A stretch of DNA of 64,000 nucleotides from Mobula hypostoma (GCF_963921235.1 NC_086108.1:19096001-19160000); one strand, 5' to 3'. Positions 26,720-39,557 are shown, numbered from the stretch's first letter. Numbers and translations are program-made. The notes: a model not told the origin generated them from the letters alone.

Positions 26720-29700
26720 TGTTGTGTATTTAACATATAAGTAATATTTGAGTAATATTGTAAATATGCACTTTGATTAAATATCCATTGTTGTTTACAT
26801 TAAGTATTGTTGGTTACATGTAAAATATATTGGGCAGCATAGTAGCATAGTGGTTGGTACAACACCTTGCAGTACCAGCAACCTGGGTTCAAATCCCGCC
26901 ACTGCCTGTAAGGAGTTTGTATGTTATCTCTGTGACCACGTGAGTTTCCTCTGTGGACTCCAGTTCCCTCCTACAGTCCAAAGACACACCAGTTTGTGGA
27001 TTATTTAGTCATTGTAAGTTGTCCCATGATTAGACTAGGATTAATTCAGGGGATTGCTGGGCAGCATGGCTCGAAGGGCTGGAAGAGCCTGTTCTGCACT
27101 GTATCTCAATAAAAATTAAATGACATATGTCATCACACACCATAAATGTGCTTTACACTAAAAGTAAAAATGAAGTTTACACACATCTCTCAGGCTTGTA
27201 GTTCTTTTGATTAATTTTACGTTTCAGACTCACCAAACATGACAGTGGTAATGAGTTTAAAATGAACCCAAGACAACAAACTTGCCTGGGTGAACAAATT
27301 GTGTTACCATTGTGGCATGGGCTCACATACACCAGACCAATGCAGGTTTAAAGACAAAACTTGCAGAAAATGTAATAAAGTAGGACACATTCAAGAGCAT
27401 GTCAGGCAGACAAAAGTAAATGGACAGCACTGGGAAGAAAAGAAGCTAAAAAGACAAGTTGCAGTTTCAAATACAGCGATATGCTGTTGAAGAAAAATCT
27501 GACAATGATGAGAGTGGCACAGGACTGAGTAGCCTTAACGTTTACCATGTGAAAACTAACAATAGATAAGGAATATGGCTTATACCAGAAATGAATGGCA
27601 AATTAATTAAAATAGAATTCGACACTGGCTTGGCTGTTTCACTCATTCCACAAAATGAGTTTGAATGGTATTTGAAAGATATTAAACTAAAGCTTGAAAT
27701 TATCCAACTAAGAACTTATACAGCAGTGTTCAAGGATGGTATTGGAAAACTCAAATATATCAAGGATAAAATAGTGTTAAATGAAATGCCACAACCAAGT
27801 TTTGCAATGCCTATCTGGTTCCTTATATCATCTGTTATAAAGTAGCCAGAGAGCTTGATCACATGGAGGCCTGTGGTCCCATAGCTAAGAAGAATGGGTC
27901 TGTCAGGATCTGTGGTGATTCTAAGGTCACCATCAACCCAGAACTGAAAGTAGATCAATACCCTCTGCCCAGGATAGAGGATATCTTTGCAAACCTTTCC
28001 AGAGAAAGACACTTCAGCAAAGTTGGCTTAGCTGAAGCCTACCTACAGATGGAGATGGAAGAAGAGTCCAAGGTGTTTCTCACCATAAACACTCACAAAG
28101 AGCTTTATCATTATTATAGGCTTATTTTTGGAGAAGCATTTGCACCTACACTCTGGCAGAAATCTGTGGACCAGGTTCTACAAGGTCACCCAGGCACTCA
28201 GTGTCACCTGGATGGCATTATTGTTACCAATAAGAATGACAAGGAGCACCTCCAAAATCTCAAGTCAGTGTTAAAAAGATAAAAAGATTATGGGCTCAGA
28301 GCACAATGCAACAAGTGTGAATTCTTTAAACCAAGCAACAGTTACTGTGGTCACACCATTGATACACAAGAATTACACAAGTGTGCTGAGAAAATTCAAG
28401 CAATGGTTAATGTCCCAAGTCCAAAGGACATGTCACAGTTACAGTCCTTTTTAGGATTTGTCAATTACTATAATAGGTTCCTGCACGCCTGGCTACTATG
28501 TTCCACCCCTTAAACTTATTTCTACAAATCAGGAAGAAATGGTGATGGACAAAGCTGTGTGAGGTAGCTTTCAGGAAGGTAAAGGAAATGATGACATCAG
28601 ACACTGTACTCATACATTATGATCCGCACCATCCAGTGAAGCTTACCTTATGGTGTAAGTGCAGTCGTATCACAAGTTAGGAGTGATGGAAGTGAACACC
28701 CCATAACCTTTGCATTATGTTCCCTTACTGCTGCAAAGCAAAGCTGCGCACAGACTGACAGAGGGGCCTTGAGTCCGGTTTGGGGTGTAAAACATTTCAA
28801 CTGGTACTTGTATTATAGAGAGTTTACCTTCATTACTGACTATCAACCACTAGAGTCCATTTTAATCCACAGGAGAGTGGTCCACTAACAGCAGCAGCAC
28901 AAATGCAGAGATGGGCTCTGATTCTGGGAGGCCACAATTACAAGATCGAATTCAAGAGGATGAATAATCCTGGAAATGCTGATGGATTTTCCTGTTTACC
29001 CTTGAAAAAGGAGATACCTGAAAAATTTTTAACTGAGGACACTTCTCTGGAAGTATTCTCCCTAATACAAATTGAAAGTCTCCCGATTACGGCAGAGATG
29101 ATCCAAAGGGAAACCACAAAATACCCCACACTGTCTCAGGTTAATATTGTCACCCAAAATGCCTGGAATGTGCAGCAGAAATCAGAGTTCCCCCACTTTT
29201 ACCAGAACTGGGAAGAACTTGCTCTTGACGGAGGTTGCCTTATGAAGGGATTGAGAGTTTACCATCCAAGCTGAGAGCTAAAGTGTTGGAGGAGCTACAT
29301 GCCAGTCATCTAGGTGTGGTCAAAATGAAAACACGGGCTTGAAGCTTTGTTTGGTGGCCTGGGATAGATCAGCAGATCAGGCAGTTTTCCTTGCACTGTA
29401 CATGATGCCAAAACATCCAAAAGAAAGATGTTCAGCGCTGTCAGAACCACTTCCTGCAGTCCCAGAATCAACTCCTACAACCACCATGGAGGAGGCCGAG
29501 GAAACTAAGATGGCTTCACAGCCACAAGTGTCACCTGCCAGGCAGAGTGACCCCCTCCCCCTGCATAAGGAAAGAGGTTAACCCACAAGAGTAAGAAATC
29601 CTCCACAGCGATTAAATCTTTAGGCCTGAATGTGACAATTTAAAACTTACTATGCTATGGATGTCTATATAGTAGTTGTTTTGTATAGTATATAGTGTGT

Positions 29701-29900
29701 GTGTAATATTGTAACTATATTGTTTGATTAAACAGACTGTTGTTTACATAATGCATTGGTGATTATATGTAAAAATACATGAATAGCATACATCATAAGG
29801 GCATGTCTTACTAAAAGTAAAAGCGAAGTTTACGCACATCCCTTGGGTTCCCTTGTTTTTCTTTTGATCAGTTTTATGTTTTGAAGTTACAAAGCAAACA
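26720..29900 (+). mobile_element. Internally deleted, degenerate Gypsy LTR retrotransposon
   Basis: Related LTRs (26720-27244, split by a SINE; about 29690-29900); gag CCHC (CRKCNKVGHIQEH), protease EFDTG, RT (VRICGD, YPLPRIEDIF, HLDGI), RNase H (QRWALIL, NADGFS); flanks gcttc/gctcc. Confidence 0.88.
26832..27115 (+). mobile_element. tRNA-derived V-type SINE inserted in the Gypsy 5' LTR
   Basis: A box tagcatagtgg, B box gggttcaaatcc, tail ctgtatctcaataaa; sister copy at 47195. Confidence 0.8.
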
Positions 29901-30957
29901 GCTCCTTCCCCACTCAGCCTTTGGGGTGGCTACACTGAGCGTGTGCATCCTTCAACATATACTGTATTTCTGCACCCTGGAATGTGCCAGTCATCAGGAT
30001 TCACTCGCAGAGATCTAAAAAAAACCCACTAGGCTACCAAAGTAAGTTAACACTCTGAATGTTTTTTATGTAAGAGAGGCCTCATTTATGCTGTTCAAGT
30101 CAGGGCTACCATCTGCAACAAAACTGTCACGTAAATGAGCCATGGATCAGATTAGATCAGAATGTAGCAAATTCAGAAACACTTGAACGCCTTTGAATTC
30201 CCATGTCTGAATCTACATCGGAATCCTGTTACATGTCAACGCTTGGTCTATGAAACCAACTTCGTGCCTTTCCCAAGGGGCAGAGCAACAATGGGATGAG
30301 TCAACATAATCCCATGCCTCACAATGGGCTTTAATTTTGCATGCAATAAGATTGCTTTAAATGTATCAATGACATGATGCAGTGCTCTTGATCGAACTCC
30401 CAGAGATCTATGTCTCAAAACAAAGCAATAGTATAAAAATTCTACAGTTATTAAAGATTGCCAATGTTTCTCCAATCTAATCTTTTGTATGTGTACAGCA
30501 TTTAAAACAGGCAAAAACACTTCAGCACACACTTAGCCAGAGTTGCCTCAAAGTTATACTCCTGAGTTGGCTTTCAAATCAAGAGACTCAAATCTAGTTA
30601 TCTTTTGAACTTGTATAAGAAGCTTACAGGAAGATGAATGAGAATGAGAGTGGAGAAAAGGATGCAGAATCAGGACAAACGAGCGGCATAAACTCACTGA
30701 GAAGGGACACAAGGAACCACAGATGCAGGAGGTACTCAGTTTCCTCAAATTTCGATGATCCGTTTCCTCCCACAGATGCTGCTCGACCCAATTAGTTCAC
30801 CCTGCAGACTATAAATTTTACTGAGAGCTCTCTGTGAGAGGTGTTGGGCCATATTCTCCTTTCAGCAGCAAATATCTCCACCGGCAAGCGACAAAGCCTC
30901 TCTTCAACACATTTTCAGGAGCTTTATAAAGAGTTAGTCACTATGTTAAGGTAATAT

Positions 30958-32003
30958 AGAGGTTGTAGACGGGTCATATTCTGCATGGAGGTTGGTGACC
31001 AGTGGTATGCCTCAGGGATCTGTTCTGGGACCCCTTCTCTTCGTGATTTTTATAAATGACCTAGATGAGGAAGTGGAGGGATGGGTTAGTAAATTTGCTG
31101 ATGACACAAGGGTTGGGGGTGTTGTGGATAGTGTGGAGGACTGTCAGAAGTTACAGCGGGACATCGATAGGATGCCAAACTGGGCTGAGAAGTGGCAGAT
31201 GGAGCTCAACCCAGATAAGTGTGAGGTGGTTCATTTTGGTAGGTCAGGATATGATGGCAGAATATAGTATTAATGGTAAGACTCTTGGCAGTGTGGACGA
31301 TCAAAAGGATTTTGGGCTCTGAGTCCATAGGACACTCAAAGCTGCTGCACAGGTTGACTCTGTGGTTAAGAAGGCACACAGAGCATTGGCCTTTGTCAAC
31401 CGTGGGATTGAGCTCAAGAGCCGAGAGGTAATGTTACAGCTATATAGGACCCTGGTCAGACCCCACTTGGAGTACTGTGCTCAGTTCTGATCACCTCACT
31501 ACAGGAAGGATATGGAAACTTTCGAAAGGGTGCAGAGGTGATTTACAAGGATGTTGCCTGGATTGGAGAGCATGTCTTATGAAAACAAGTTTAGTGAACT
31601 TGGCCTTTTCTCCTTGGAGCGTTGGAGGATAAGAGGTGACCTGATAAGAGATGTATAAGATGATGAGAGATATTGAATGTGAGGATAGTCAGAGGATTTT
31701 TTCCCAGAGCTGAAATGGCTAACATGAGAGGACACAGTTTTAAGGTGCTTGGAGGTAGCTACAGAGATGTCAGGGGTAGGTTTTTTTTACATAGAGAGTG
31801 GGAAGTGCGTGGAACGGGCTTTCGGCGACAATGATGCAGGTGGATATGATAGGGTCTTTTAAGAGACTCCTGGACAGGTACATGGAGCTCAGAAAAATAG
31901 AGGGCTATGGGCAACCCTAGGTAATTTCTAAGGTAAGGACATGTTCAGCACAGCATTGTGGGCCGAAGGGCCTGTATTGTGCTGTAGGTTTTCTATGTTT
32001 CTA
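30958..32003 (+). mobile_element. CR1 3' fragment
   Basis: GMPQGSVLGPLLF...KFADDT; tail tgtaggttttctatgtttct. Confidence 0.92.
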
Positions 32004-33565
32004 TATAATGCTACTTTCTTTCCACCACTGACATGTGAATTATCACGAACTTTTCTCTTACATGATGAGACAAAGATATATTTGGCCAATTTAGACTATC
32101 CCTGTGGAGCCCAGTTGCCCTACAATATATTGCAGGAAGGCCTGTGAATATCCCAATTGACAACAGCTTGACATAGGGAACTGGTAGGAATACAATCTCT
32201 TTATCAAATACAAAATGGGATTCCCAGCCACAAAACCTGTGCATTAGTGGAGGTCGTTCAGCGCAATGTGTTCCTACGGGCCAACAGAGAACTTATTTAG
32301 ATTATTCTTCCTTCTCAGCACTCATCCATCAGGCTGTAGCATCCAATTCTGTCAGCGGTCAACTTGGTATTTTCGAAATGTTGGTGGGGTGGGGGGGGGG
32401 GTTCTGCTTGCACCACCCTAGATCCCACCACTCCTCGGGTGATGTCTTTCTCCTTGTATTCCATTCTAACCTTCAAGAAAATAGGCATTATTTTACTTTT
32501 TTCATTGGAAACATAGAAAACCTACAGCACAATACAGGCCCCTCGGCCCACAGAGTTGTGCCGAACATGTCCCTACCTTAGAAACTACTAAGCTTACCTA
32601 CAGCCCTCTATTTTTCTAAGCTCCATGTACCTATCCAAAAGTATCTTAAAAGACCCTATCGTATCCGCCTCCACCACCGTTGCCAACAGTCCATTCCACG
32701 CACTCACCACTCTCTGCGTAAAAAAACTTACCCCTGACATCTCCTCTGTACCTACTCCCAAGCATCTTAAACCTGTGTCCTCTTGTGGCAACCATTTCAG
32801 CCCTGGGAAAAAGCCTCTGACTATCCACACGATCAATGCCTCTCATCATCTTATACACCTCTATCAGGTCACCTCATCCTCCATCGCTCCAAGGAGAAAA
32901 GGCTGAGTTCACTCAACCTGTTTTCATAAGGCATGCTCCCCAATCCAGGCAACATCCTTGTAAATCTCCTCTGCACCCTTTCTATGGCTTCCACATCCTT
33001 CCTGTAGTGGGGCAACCAGAACTGAGCACAGTACTCCAAGTGGGGTCTGACTAGGGTCCTATATAGCTGCAACATTACCTCTCGGCTCCTAAATTCAATT
33101 CCACAATTGATGAAGGCCAATACACCATATGCCTTCTTAACCACAGAGTCAACCTGTGCAGCTGCTTTGAGCATCCTATGGACTCGGACCCCAAGATCCC
33201 TCTGATCTTCCACACTGCCAGGAGTCTTACCATTAATACAATATTCTGCCATTGTATTTGACCTACCAAAATGAACCACTTCACACTTATCTGGGTTGAA
33301 CTCCATCTGCCACTTCTAAACCCAGTTTTGCATCCTATCAATGTCTTGCTGTAACCTCTGACAGCTGTCTACACTATCCACAACACCTCCAACCTTTGTG
33401 TCATCAGCAAACTTACTAACCCATCCCTCCACTTCCTCATCCAGGTCATTTATAAAAATCACGAAAAGTAAGGGTCCCAGAACAGATCCCTGAGGCACAC
33501 CACTGGTCATCGACTTCCATGCAGAAAATGACCCATCTACAACCACTCTTTGCCTTCTGTGGGAA

Positions 33566-34221
33566 AGCACATTTATTTTCCCTACGTTTACACACTTAGT
33601 CCAGCGGCCATGGAGCATATGGATCCCTTCTTTATAGAAGTCGGCATCTTGGACCTCCAGAAGTGGTCCACAGCAGGGGTGATTGATACTTTCATGGCCT
33701 AAGGTAGAAGGAGATGAGTTATTAACTTCAAACTTTCTGCATTTTCACTCAAAGAGTTGAATTGCACGTGCGCATAACAAGAGCAGTATCAAGGGTCTCG
33801 GCCTGAAACGTCGACTGCGCCTCTTCCTATAGATGCTGCTTGGCCTGCTGCGTTCACCAGCAACTTTGATGTGTGTTGCATAACTCATCTCCTTCTATCT
33901 TAGGCCATGAACTTATCAATCACCCCTGCTGTGGACCATCTGGAGGTCCAAGACGCTCTAGTTACATGCACGTGCAGTTCAACTCTTTGAGTGATAATGC
34001 AGAAAGTTTGAAGTTAATAACTCATCTCCTTCTACCTTAGGCCATGAACTTATCAATCACCCCTGCTGTGGACCACTTCTAAGAAGAAGGGATCCGTATG
34101 CTCCATGACCGCTGGACTAAGTGTGTACATGTAGGAGGGGACTATGTTGAAAAATAAATGTGCTAGGTTTTCTAAAATTGACTCCTTCCACCTTACGCCA
34201 CGAACTTATCAATCACCCCTC
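33566..34221. mobile_element. Mariner-derived fold-back MITE (left end lost)
   Basis: Transposase C-terminus WTKCVHVGGDYVEK* near 34113-34157; four TIR-like copies of ggggtgattgata...aggtagaaggag; nested inverted arms. Confidence 0.8.
33790..33879 (+). mobile_element. Penelope-like terminal fragment inside the mariner MITE
   Basis: Near-identical to 40305-40393; starts just after the hammerhead CUGACG core. Confidence 0.85.
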
Positions 34222-34870
34222 ACAGATCTCTAACATTACCTAGCTCTCTGAACCTTTTGTAAGCTTTCTTTTCTTCTTGACTAGATTTATTACAGACTTT
34301 GTACACCACGGTTCCTGTACCCTACCATAACTTCCCTGTTTCATTGCAATATACATATGCAGAACTCCACAGAAATATCCCCTGAACATTTGCCACATTT
34401 CTTCTGTACCTTTCCCTGAGAACATCTGTTCCCAATTTCAGCTTCCAAGTTCCTGCTTGATAGCCTCATAATTCCCCTTACTCCAAATAAACGCTTTTCT
34501 AACTTATCTGTTCCTATCTCTCTCCAATGCTATTGTAAAGGAGATAGAATTATGATCACTATCTCCAAAATGCTCTCCCACTGAGAGATCTGACACTTGA
34601 CCAGGTTCATTTCCTAAATATCAATTCAAGTACAGCCTCTCAGGCTTATCTACATATTGTGTCAAGAAACCTTCCTGAACACACCTAACAAACTCCACCC
34701 CATCTAAACCCCTTGCTCTAGGGAGATGCTAATCGATATTTGGGAAATTAAAATCTCCCATCATGACAACTCTGTTATTATTACACCTTTCCAGGATCTG
34801 TTTCCCTATCTGCTCCTCAATATCCCTATTACAATTGGGCGGCCTATAAAAACACCCAGTAAAGTTATTG

Positions 34871-35120
34871 GTCCCGGCTGGTGGCACAGTGACATCAGCA
34901 CCAGACTCCGGAGCGAAGGTTCCTGAGTTCGAGTTCAGTTGGGCCGTTCCCGGGCACACTTTCCAACCGTGCCGAGTTGAGTGTCGAGCTCGCAACTCGG
35001 CCTTGTTAAAAAAAAACTGCGCTGTGAGAAGGACGTGGGGGATCACTCACAGAATCTTTCCTCCAAGACAACCACTTGAAAAAGTGGTCACCGAGGCTCT
35101 GGCAGAGTATCGCACACAAA
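34871..35120 (+). mobile_element. tRNA-headed SINE, 250 bp, with 10 bp TSD
   Basis: TSD aaagttattg at 34861-34870 and 35121-35130; A box tggcacagtg at 34882, B box gttcgag at 34927. Confidence 0.8.
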
Positions 35121-36767
35121 AAAGTTATTGACCCCTTCCAGTTCCTAATCTTCACCCACAGAGACTCCGTAGACAATCCCTCCATGGCGTCCACCTTTTC
35201 TGCAGCTGTGACCCTATCTCTGATCAACAGTGCCACGCCCCCACCTCTTTTGCCTCCCTCCCTGTCCTTTCTGAAACATCTAAAACCTGGCACTTGAAAT
35301 AACCATTCCTGTCCCTGAGCCATCCAAGTCTCTGCAATGGCCACCACATCATAGCTCCAAGTACTGAACCACGCTCTAAGCTCATCCACTTTGTTCACAA
35401 TACTCCTTGCGTTAAAATAAACAAATCTCAAACTGTCCCTTCTCTATCACCTGCCTATCCTCCCTCTTGCACTGTCTACAAGCTTTCTCTATTTGTGAGC
35501 CAACTGCCTCTTCCCCAGTCTCTTCAGTTCGGTTCCCACCCCCCAACAATTCTAGTTTAAACTCTCCCCAGTAGCCTTAGCAAACCTCCCCGCCAGGATA
35601 TTGGTCCTTCTGGGTTTCAAGTGCAACCAGTCTTTTTTGTACAGGTCCCACCTGCCCCAAAAGAGGTCCCAATGATCCAGAAATATGAATCCCTGCCCCC
35701 TGCTCCAATCCCTCAGCCACGCATTTATCCTCCACCTCATTCTATTCCTATTCTCACTGTCGCGTGGCACAGGAAATAATCCTGAGATTACTACTTTTGC
35801 GGTCCTGCTTCTCAACTTCCTTCCCAACTCCCTGTGGTCTTTTTTCACGACCTCTTCCCTTTTCATACCTATGTCATTGGTACCAATATGTACCACGACC
35901 TCTGGTGGTTCTTCCTCCCACTGCAGGATATCATGGAAACATCCCAGACCCTGGCACCTGGGAGGCAAACTACCATCCGAGTTTCTTTCCTGCGTCCACA
36001 GAATCGCCTGTCTGGCCCCCTAACTATAGAGCCCCCTGTCATTACTGCCTTCCTCTTCCTTTCCCTGCCCATCTGAGCCACAAGGCCGGACTCTATGCCA
36101 GAGGCACGACCACTGTTGCTTCCCCAGGTAGGCTGACCGCCCCCCCCCCCCGCCCCAACAGTACTTAAACAGGAGTACTTACTGTCAAGGGGTACAGCCA
36201 CAGGGGTACTCTCTAGTACCTGACTCTCCCCCTTCGCCCTCCTGATTGTGACTCACTTGTCTGTCTTCCGTGGCCCCGGTGTGACCACCTGCCTAAACCT
36301 CCTTTCTATCACCTCTTCGCACTTCCTGACCAGACGAAGGTCATCGAGCTGCAGCTCCAGTTCCCTAACACGGTCCCTTAGGAGCTGCAGCTCGACACAC
36401 CGGGTGCAGATATGGCCATCTGGGTGGCTGGGAATGGCTGGGAGACTCCAGGACCTCTCACATCTGACACCGAGCATAGAAAACCGGCCTCACACACATA
36501 CTACTTCCTTTCCGCAATTAACACAGGTAAACCTACCTCGCCTCATCCCGTTACCGTCTAACCCTGTTGAGCCAAAGCCCTATCACTCTGCCATCTCTCA
36601 CTCCACTGCCCGGTGGATATGGCAGTCTTCTTATTAAACTTTTCCCGCTCTACTGGCTGACGTCACACGCCTGCACGGTCTTGCCTCTCTTTTACCCTGA
36701 GCAGTAAAACTGTCTTCGCTCCAGAAATCCTCAGCCATTCAACCACAGCCTTCTTGATCCGAAGAGC

Positions 36768-37785
36768 ATTACCTAGCTCTCTGAACCTTTTGTAAGCTTT
36801 TCTTTTCTTCTTGACTAGATTTATTACAGCCTTTGTACACCATGGTTCCTGTACCCTACCATAACTTCCCTGTCTCATTGGAACGTACCAATGCAGAACT
36901 CCACACAAATATCCCCTGAACATTTGCCACATTTCTTCCATACTTTTCATTGAGAACATCTGCTCCCAATTTAAGCTTCCAACTTCCTGCCTAATAGCCT
37001 CATAATTCCCCTTACTCCTGTAGCCCCCTGGTAAACTGAGCTCGCTTTTGTCTAGGGGGAGCAGCCTTCAGCCCCGCCAAACTGGGTAATCAAGTTTGTG
37101 TAGATGCTGTGTGATGTACCCCACCACGCCAAATAACAGACAGTACACCATATGCAATTAAATGATTACACTTTAAAAGTATTTCCTGGTGACGGGTTAG
37201 TAGAAACAAATACAATAAAGGCGCCAAGTCAGTAACTCTATCAATTCTGCGCACAAATTATTCGTTGGAGCTCTTACAGAACCAGGTCTCCCTTTCCTCC
37301 AGTCGATGTCCTCCGAACTCCACCGAACCTCGAATGGGACCACCCTCAATGGTTGACCAAACGCTCCACACGAGTCTGTCCTCGTCTCCTCTCCTTGCTG
37401 AAGACCCTGGGCCTCGGACTCCCGATCGGGGTCCATTCCGTTGCCCAGATTACAGCATCTCTCGGGTCGCATCTCCTCTCTCTGTCCCCATCGCGCCTTC
37501 TCCCCAAAGCCCGCGAAAACAATAGCTTACAGACACACAATAAAGAATAACATCTATCCCAATTGGTTAGTAAATGAATACAATTATCAGTAATTATAAC
37601 CCAAACAATCTGCTACCATTAACTCAGCAGTTAACATTACAGAGAAGCCATTTTATTAGCCTTAGCAGTAACATAAAAGAAGAAACCCCTTACACTCCAA
37701 TTAAGCGCTTTTCTAACTTGTCTGTTCCTATCTCTCTCAAGGAGATAGAATTATGATCACTTGTAAAGGAGATAGAATTATGATT
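36768..37785 (-). mobile_element. Second CR1 ORF2 fragment, homologous to 34235-34560, split by a solo LTR
   Basis: Direct homology to 34235-34560; EPWCTKAVINLVKKKRKAYKRF. Confidence 0.85.
37019..37694. mobile_element. Solo LTR, 676 bp (4 bp TSD, Gypsy- or ERV-type)
   Basis: Starts TGTA, ends TACA; CTCC duplicated at 37015-37018 and 37695-37698; empty site visible in the paralogue near 34480. Confidence 0.88.
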
Positions 37786-37789
37786 ATTA

Positions 37790-38045
37790 TTATTTAGAGA
37801 TGCAGCCACACAGCCCAGCAATCCACCGACTTAGCCTAATTGTAGACAATTTACAAAGACCAATTAACCTACTAACCGATACGCCTTTGGACTGTGGGAG
37901 GAAAATGCAGCACCCGGAGAAAACGCATGTGGTCACGGAATGAAAGTACAAAATCCCTACAGACCACTCTGGAATTGAACTCTGAACTCCAGAACGCCCA
38001 AGCTGTAACAGTGCCGCGCTAATCCTTATGCTACTATGGCCACCT
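37790..38045 (-). mobile_element. V-type SINE, inverse orientation
   Basis: tttggactgtgggaggaaa...cacccggagaaaac is the inverse V-SINE core. Confidence 0.65.
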
Positions 38046-38336
38046 CAACCTAGGGAAATGAAACCAGTATCTTCTGTTCTTCACAAATATATTTCCATGA
38101 TTTTGAAGACATCAATTATCCTATGTTTCAAAAAAAACTACCCAGCCTAGCCAAACTCCTCTTGATAACAAACCTAAGAAATACTGATGTAAATTTCTGT
38201 ATCCCTTCTATGGAATCATGCAGTACATAGTTTTCCATGTCTTCCCTAATAAAGACAATTCCCTTCTTAACTAACAACATACATCAAAGTTGCTGGTGAA
38301 CGCAGCAGGCCAAGCAGCATCTATAGGAAGAGGCGC

Positions 38337-38372
38337 AGTCGACGTTTCAGGCCGAGACCCTTCGTCAGGACT
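38337..38372 (-). ncRNA. Minimal type I hammerhead ribozyme motif
   Basis: Reverse complement reads AGUC-CUGACGA-AGG(gucucgg)CCU-GAAA-CGUC-GACU. Confidence 0.85.
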
Positions 38373-38666
38373 AACTGAAGGAAGAGTGAGTAAGGGATTT
38401 GAAAGCTGGAGGGGGAGGGGGAGATGCAAAATGATAGGAGAAGACAGGAGCGGGAGGGATGGAGCCAAGAGCTGGACAGGTGATAGGCAAAAGGGGATAC
38501 GAGAGGATCATGGGACAGGAGGTCCGGGAAGAAAGACAAGGGGGGGGGTGACCCAGAGGATGGGCAAGAGGTATATTCAGAGGGACAGAGGGAGAAAAAG
38601 GAGAGTGAGAGAAAGAATGTGTGCATAAAAATGAGTAACAGATGAGGTACGACGGGGAGGTGGGGC

Positions 38667-39546
38667 CTAGCGGAAGTTAGAGAAGTCGATGTTCATGCCA
38701 TCAGGTTGGAGGCTACCCAGACGGAATATAAGGTGTTGTTCCTCCAACCTGAGTGTGGCTTCATCTTTACAGTAGAGGAGGCCGTGGATAGACATGTCAG
38801 AATGGGAATGGGATGTGGAATTAAAATGTGTGGCCACTGGGAGATCCTGCTTTCTCTGGCGGACAGAGCGTAGATGTTCAGCAAAGCGGTCTCCCAGTCT
38901 GCGTCGGGTCTCACCAATATATAAAAGGCCACATCGGGAGCACCGGACGCAGTACATCACCCCAGTCGACTCACAGGTGAAGTGATGCCTCACCTGGAAG
39001 GACTGTTTGGGGCCCTGAATGGTGGTAAGGGAGGAAGTGTAAGGGCATGTGTAGCACTTGTTCTGCTTACACGGATAAGTGCCAGGAGGGAGATCAGTGG
39101 GGAGGGATGGGGGGGTACGAATGGACAAGGGAGTTGTGTAGGGAGCGATCCCTGCGGAATGCAGAGAGAGGGGGGGAGGGAAAGATGTGCTTAGTGGTGG
39201 TATCCCGTTGGAGGTGGCGGAAGTTACGGAGAATAATATGTTGGACCCGGAGGCTGGTGGGGTGGTAGGTGAGGACCAGGGGAACCCTATTCCTAGTGGG
39301 GTGGTGGGAGGATGGAGTGAGAGCAGATGTACGTGAAATGGGGGAGATGCGTTTAAGAGCAGAGTTGATAGTGGAGGAAGGGAAGCCCCTTTCTTTAAAA
39401 AATGAAGACATCTCCCTCGTCCTAGAATGAAAAGCCTCATCCTGAGAGCAGATGCGGCGGAGACGGAGGAATTGCGAGAAGGGGATGGCGTTTTTGCAAG
39501 AGACAGGGTGAGAAGAGGAATAGTCCAGATAGCTGTGAGAGTCAGG
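38667..39546 (-). pseudogene. PLE RT-thumb, Cys linker and GIY-YIG endonuclease remnant (left arm)
   Basis: YLDYSSSHP...IPFSQFLRLRRICS; PCKQNKCYTC; GVMYCVRCSRCGLLYIGETRRRLGDRFAEH...RLEEQHLIF. Confidence 0.9.
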
Positions 39547-39557
39547 ATTCGTCCCCC

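Larger units (their letters stand above)
32510..36767 (-). mobile_element. Near full-length CR1 (5' UTR, ORF1 zinc finger plus SGNH esterase, APE endonuclease, RT) with an internal deletion and nested insertions
   Basis: ORF1 CTRCVELQLLRDRV, VHIGTND, LHL; EN YFNARSIVNK, AETW, MGDFN; RT GVPQGSVLGP, KFADDT; TGACGTCA at 36658-36665 in the 5' UTR. Confidence 0.92.

Noticed and set aside
26832..26905. tRNA gene
   Set aside because: A and B boxes belong to a SINE head; no complete cloverleaf, and it continues into SINE body and tail.
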